A stretch of 64,000 bases of DNA, taken from assembly GCF_009914755.1 (NCBI RefSeq), contig NC_060927.1; one strand, written 5' to 3'. The stretch comes from the human T2T-CHM13v2.0 reference genome, Homo sapiens. The position numbers and the translations under genes are program-made. The notes under the pieces were generated by a model. That model had not been told where the DNA came from. It did not search any database and saw only the letters and a program-made list of their open reading frames with translations. Shown in pieces: positions 61,945 through 64,000 of this stretch. Position 1 is the stretch's first letter. Each line of letters begins with the position of its first letter.

Positions 61945-64000
61945 CATTCCAATTTCCCAACATGAACATCTAATTATGCCAAATCTTATAAGCTTCAGGG
62001 GAGTGGGAAAATGAGAATTAAAAGCAAACAGTGATTTAGAGAAAAAAGGTATTTGAACCCATTTCCAAAAGAAGCTTCCGTTTAATACAGGGGTAAAAGA
62101 GTGGCTTATCCTTTGAAGCAGCCAGCAAAATTCCTAACCACTCTTGGATTCTGAGCTACACAACTTGCTAGTTTCATTTGCACTCATGATAGATTTTCTT
62201 AGAAGCCCTCTCAAGACTATGGGTAAATGCAACTGGGGACAAGAAAATGAGGGCTTGGTGGTGATGTCACCATTCTTTTGTCTGTCTCCACTCATATAGA
62301 TGAAAATGGGCCTCCTTTGAGCAAATCTAGCTTTTCTTGGGGCCCTGATCCTATGAATTACTTACTTCGGGAAGGGCCTGTGAAAACTGAAATTTGCATC
62401 TGCCTACAGAGGGAAGTTTAGGAAATCTAACTTAATTCATTCCACAGCCACTCTTGACATGACATATGAACCTTCAACCAGATGCATGTGTTATGCCTTG
62501 GTTTAATTATGAGATGAATTCATAGGTTTTGTGTAATATCCTGATTAACTTATGTCTCCTGTTCACAGATGGTAAACGTAAAATTTCTCCAGGAGAGGGA
62601 ATTATATCCTCCTGCAACTTGAGGTTTTTGCTGATCTGTTCAGCGTGGTAATACATCTAAGGGATGTTTAGTCCCCACTTCAAACATAAATAGCTATTCC
62701 TGATACTCAGATGAAAAAGAAAAAAAGATGCCTTAATTATAACTTCACTCAACTGCATTAATACCATTCTATTTAAAATAACAATACTGAGTTGTTGGTT
62801 TTTTTTTTTGAGCCCCTGAAGATGGATGGAAAAATTAAGTCTGATTTAATCTATCAGCTATGCACGGTATAACAATATTAAGTCATACATTTGGAGTGTA
62901 AGTAGCTAGAGGTAGTTTCTACATCAAACTCACTTGGCCACCCAGAACTTATATTCTCTGTGGTAGGTATGAGCCTTGTCCTACATTTTGGTCATGTTCA
63001 TTTATTTTTTAAGTGTAAACAGTATTGCCCTAACATTAAACAGAATGAATTCAGTTTGGCTTTGAAAAAAAATTTTTTTTAATATAACATCCCGTCTCCT
63101 TTATTCAGTCAACACATTTTTTAAAGCACTTCATATGTGCTGCATTGTTCTAGACAATGGAGATGTAACAGTGAACAGACACGGTGATGAGATACCTGTG
63201 CCTGACCAGAATCCTGACATCAATGTCGCAAGTGTATATAGAGTGCACTATAATTATCAGCCCTAATAACAGTGGTGCAAGGGGACATATTAAGACAAAT
63301 GAATAAATAAGAGTCCAGAAGTTTTTCCCTGGTTTTAGGATATGCTATATATTTTTTCCATGGACTTTCTATTCGTTTTTTAATGTGAGTAAGGTTACAA
63401 ATGGACAGCAATGAACTATGTTTAGACCTTGGACTCTGCAGTCTGTCTGTCCTGAGTGGGTATCCCCATGATCCATACTCACTTGGGCTAATTCTCAGTT
63501 TCGCTAATTCTCATTATCTCTATTACAAAATACAAATGAAGAAACTGAGAATACTTTCCTCGAGGTAATGTTATAAAATTAAATGAGACAATATAGGCAA
63601 ATCATTTGGACTACAGTAGTGTTGCTCACCCTTTTCTTCGTTATTGCTCTAAGCAATGAGCTTTTTTAGATTTTTTTCTCCTAATCAACCCCTGCTTTCC
63701 AGTGAAATTGTAATACCACAGATATACTGTATATCTGTTTAGGTATTGTAGGTAGATCTGTACTTTCTACATAAAAAGGGTAAGTTTTGTTTCACTCCCC
63801 AAGAACCAGTATTCACCTCCCTTAGGAGAGACATCAGTTCCCTTTGAGAAGGCATGGTCAAGAGTCACTTTGGCACTATGTGATATAGAGTCATGCAGTG
63901 CTTGCTAAATATTAGCAAATATAACAGTAATAATCATCAAAATAAACATATGATTCTATATCCCTAGACTAGAGAAGATTTGAGTAAAGTCTGACAAAAG

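Overview
Primate, most likely human, genomic DNA. A 4/5-diagnostic AluYa5 points to the human lineage. The window lies inside the MAGI1 gene on the minus strand. It holds one clearly recognisable coding exon (3189-3308, 120 nt, guanylate-kinase-like domain, phase 1/1); the rest is intron. The intron is repeat-rich: a full-length antisense L1PA2/L1PA3 (ORF1 intact, ORF2 frameshifted by a 14-bp deletion), a 5'-truncated L1PA7-like element, about 20 Alus (several nested), MaLR LTRs, MIR/L2, MADE1, a 27-bp minisatellite and an intronic CpG island. Most interesting: (1) the L1 antisense promoter/ORF0 points at the MAGI1 exon, and ORF0 splice donor 1 (106 nt, phase 1) would join it exactly in frame, predicting an ORF0-MAGI1 fusion protein; (2) the CpG island has minus-strand internal-promoter anatomy (overlapping CArG/TATA, Inr 31 nt away, uORF, splice donor); (3) a ~295-aa ATG-initiated ORF is built on the 27-bp minisatellite. 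Repeat subfamily calls are by eye and boundaries are approximate. No expression evidence is available from sequence alone.
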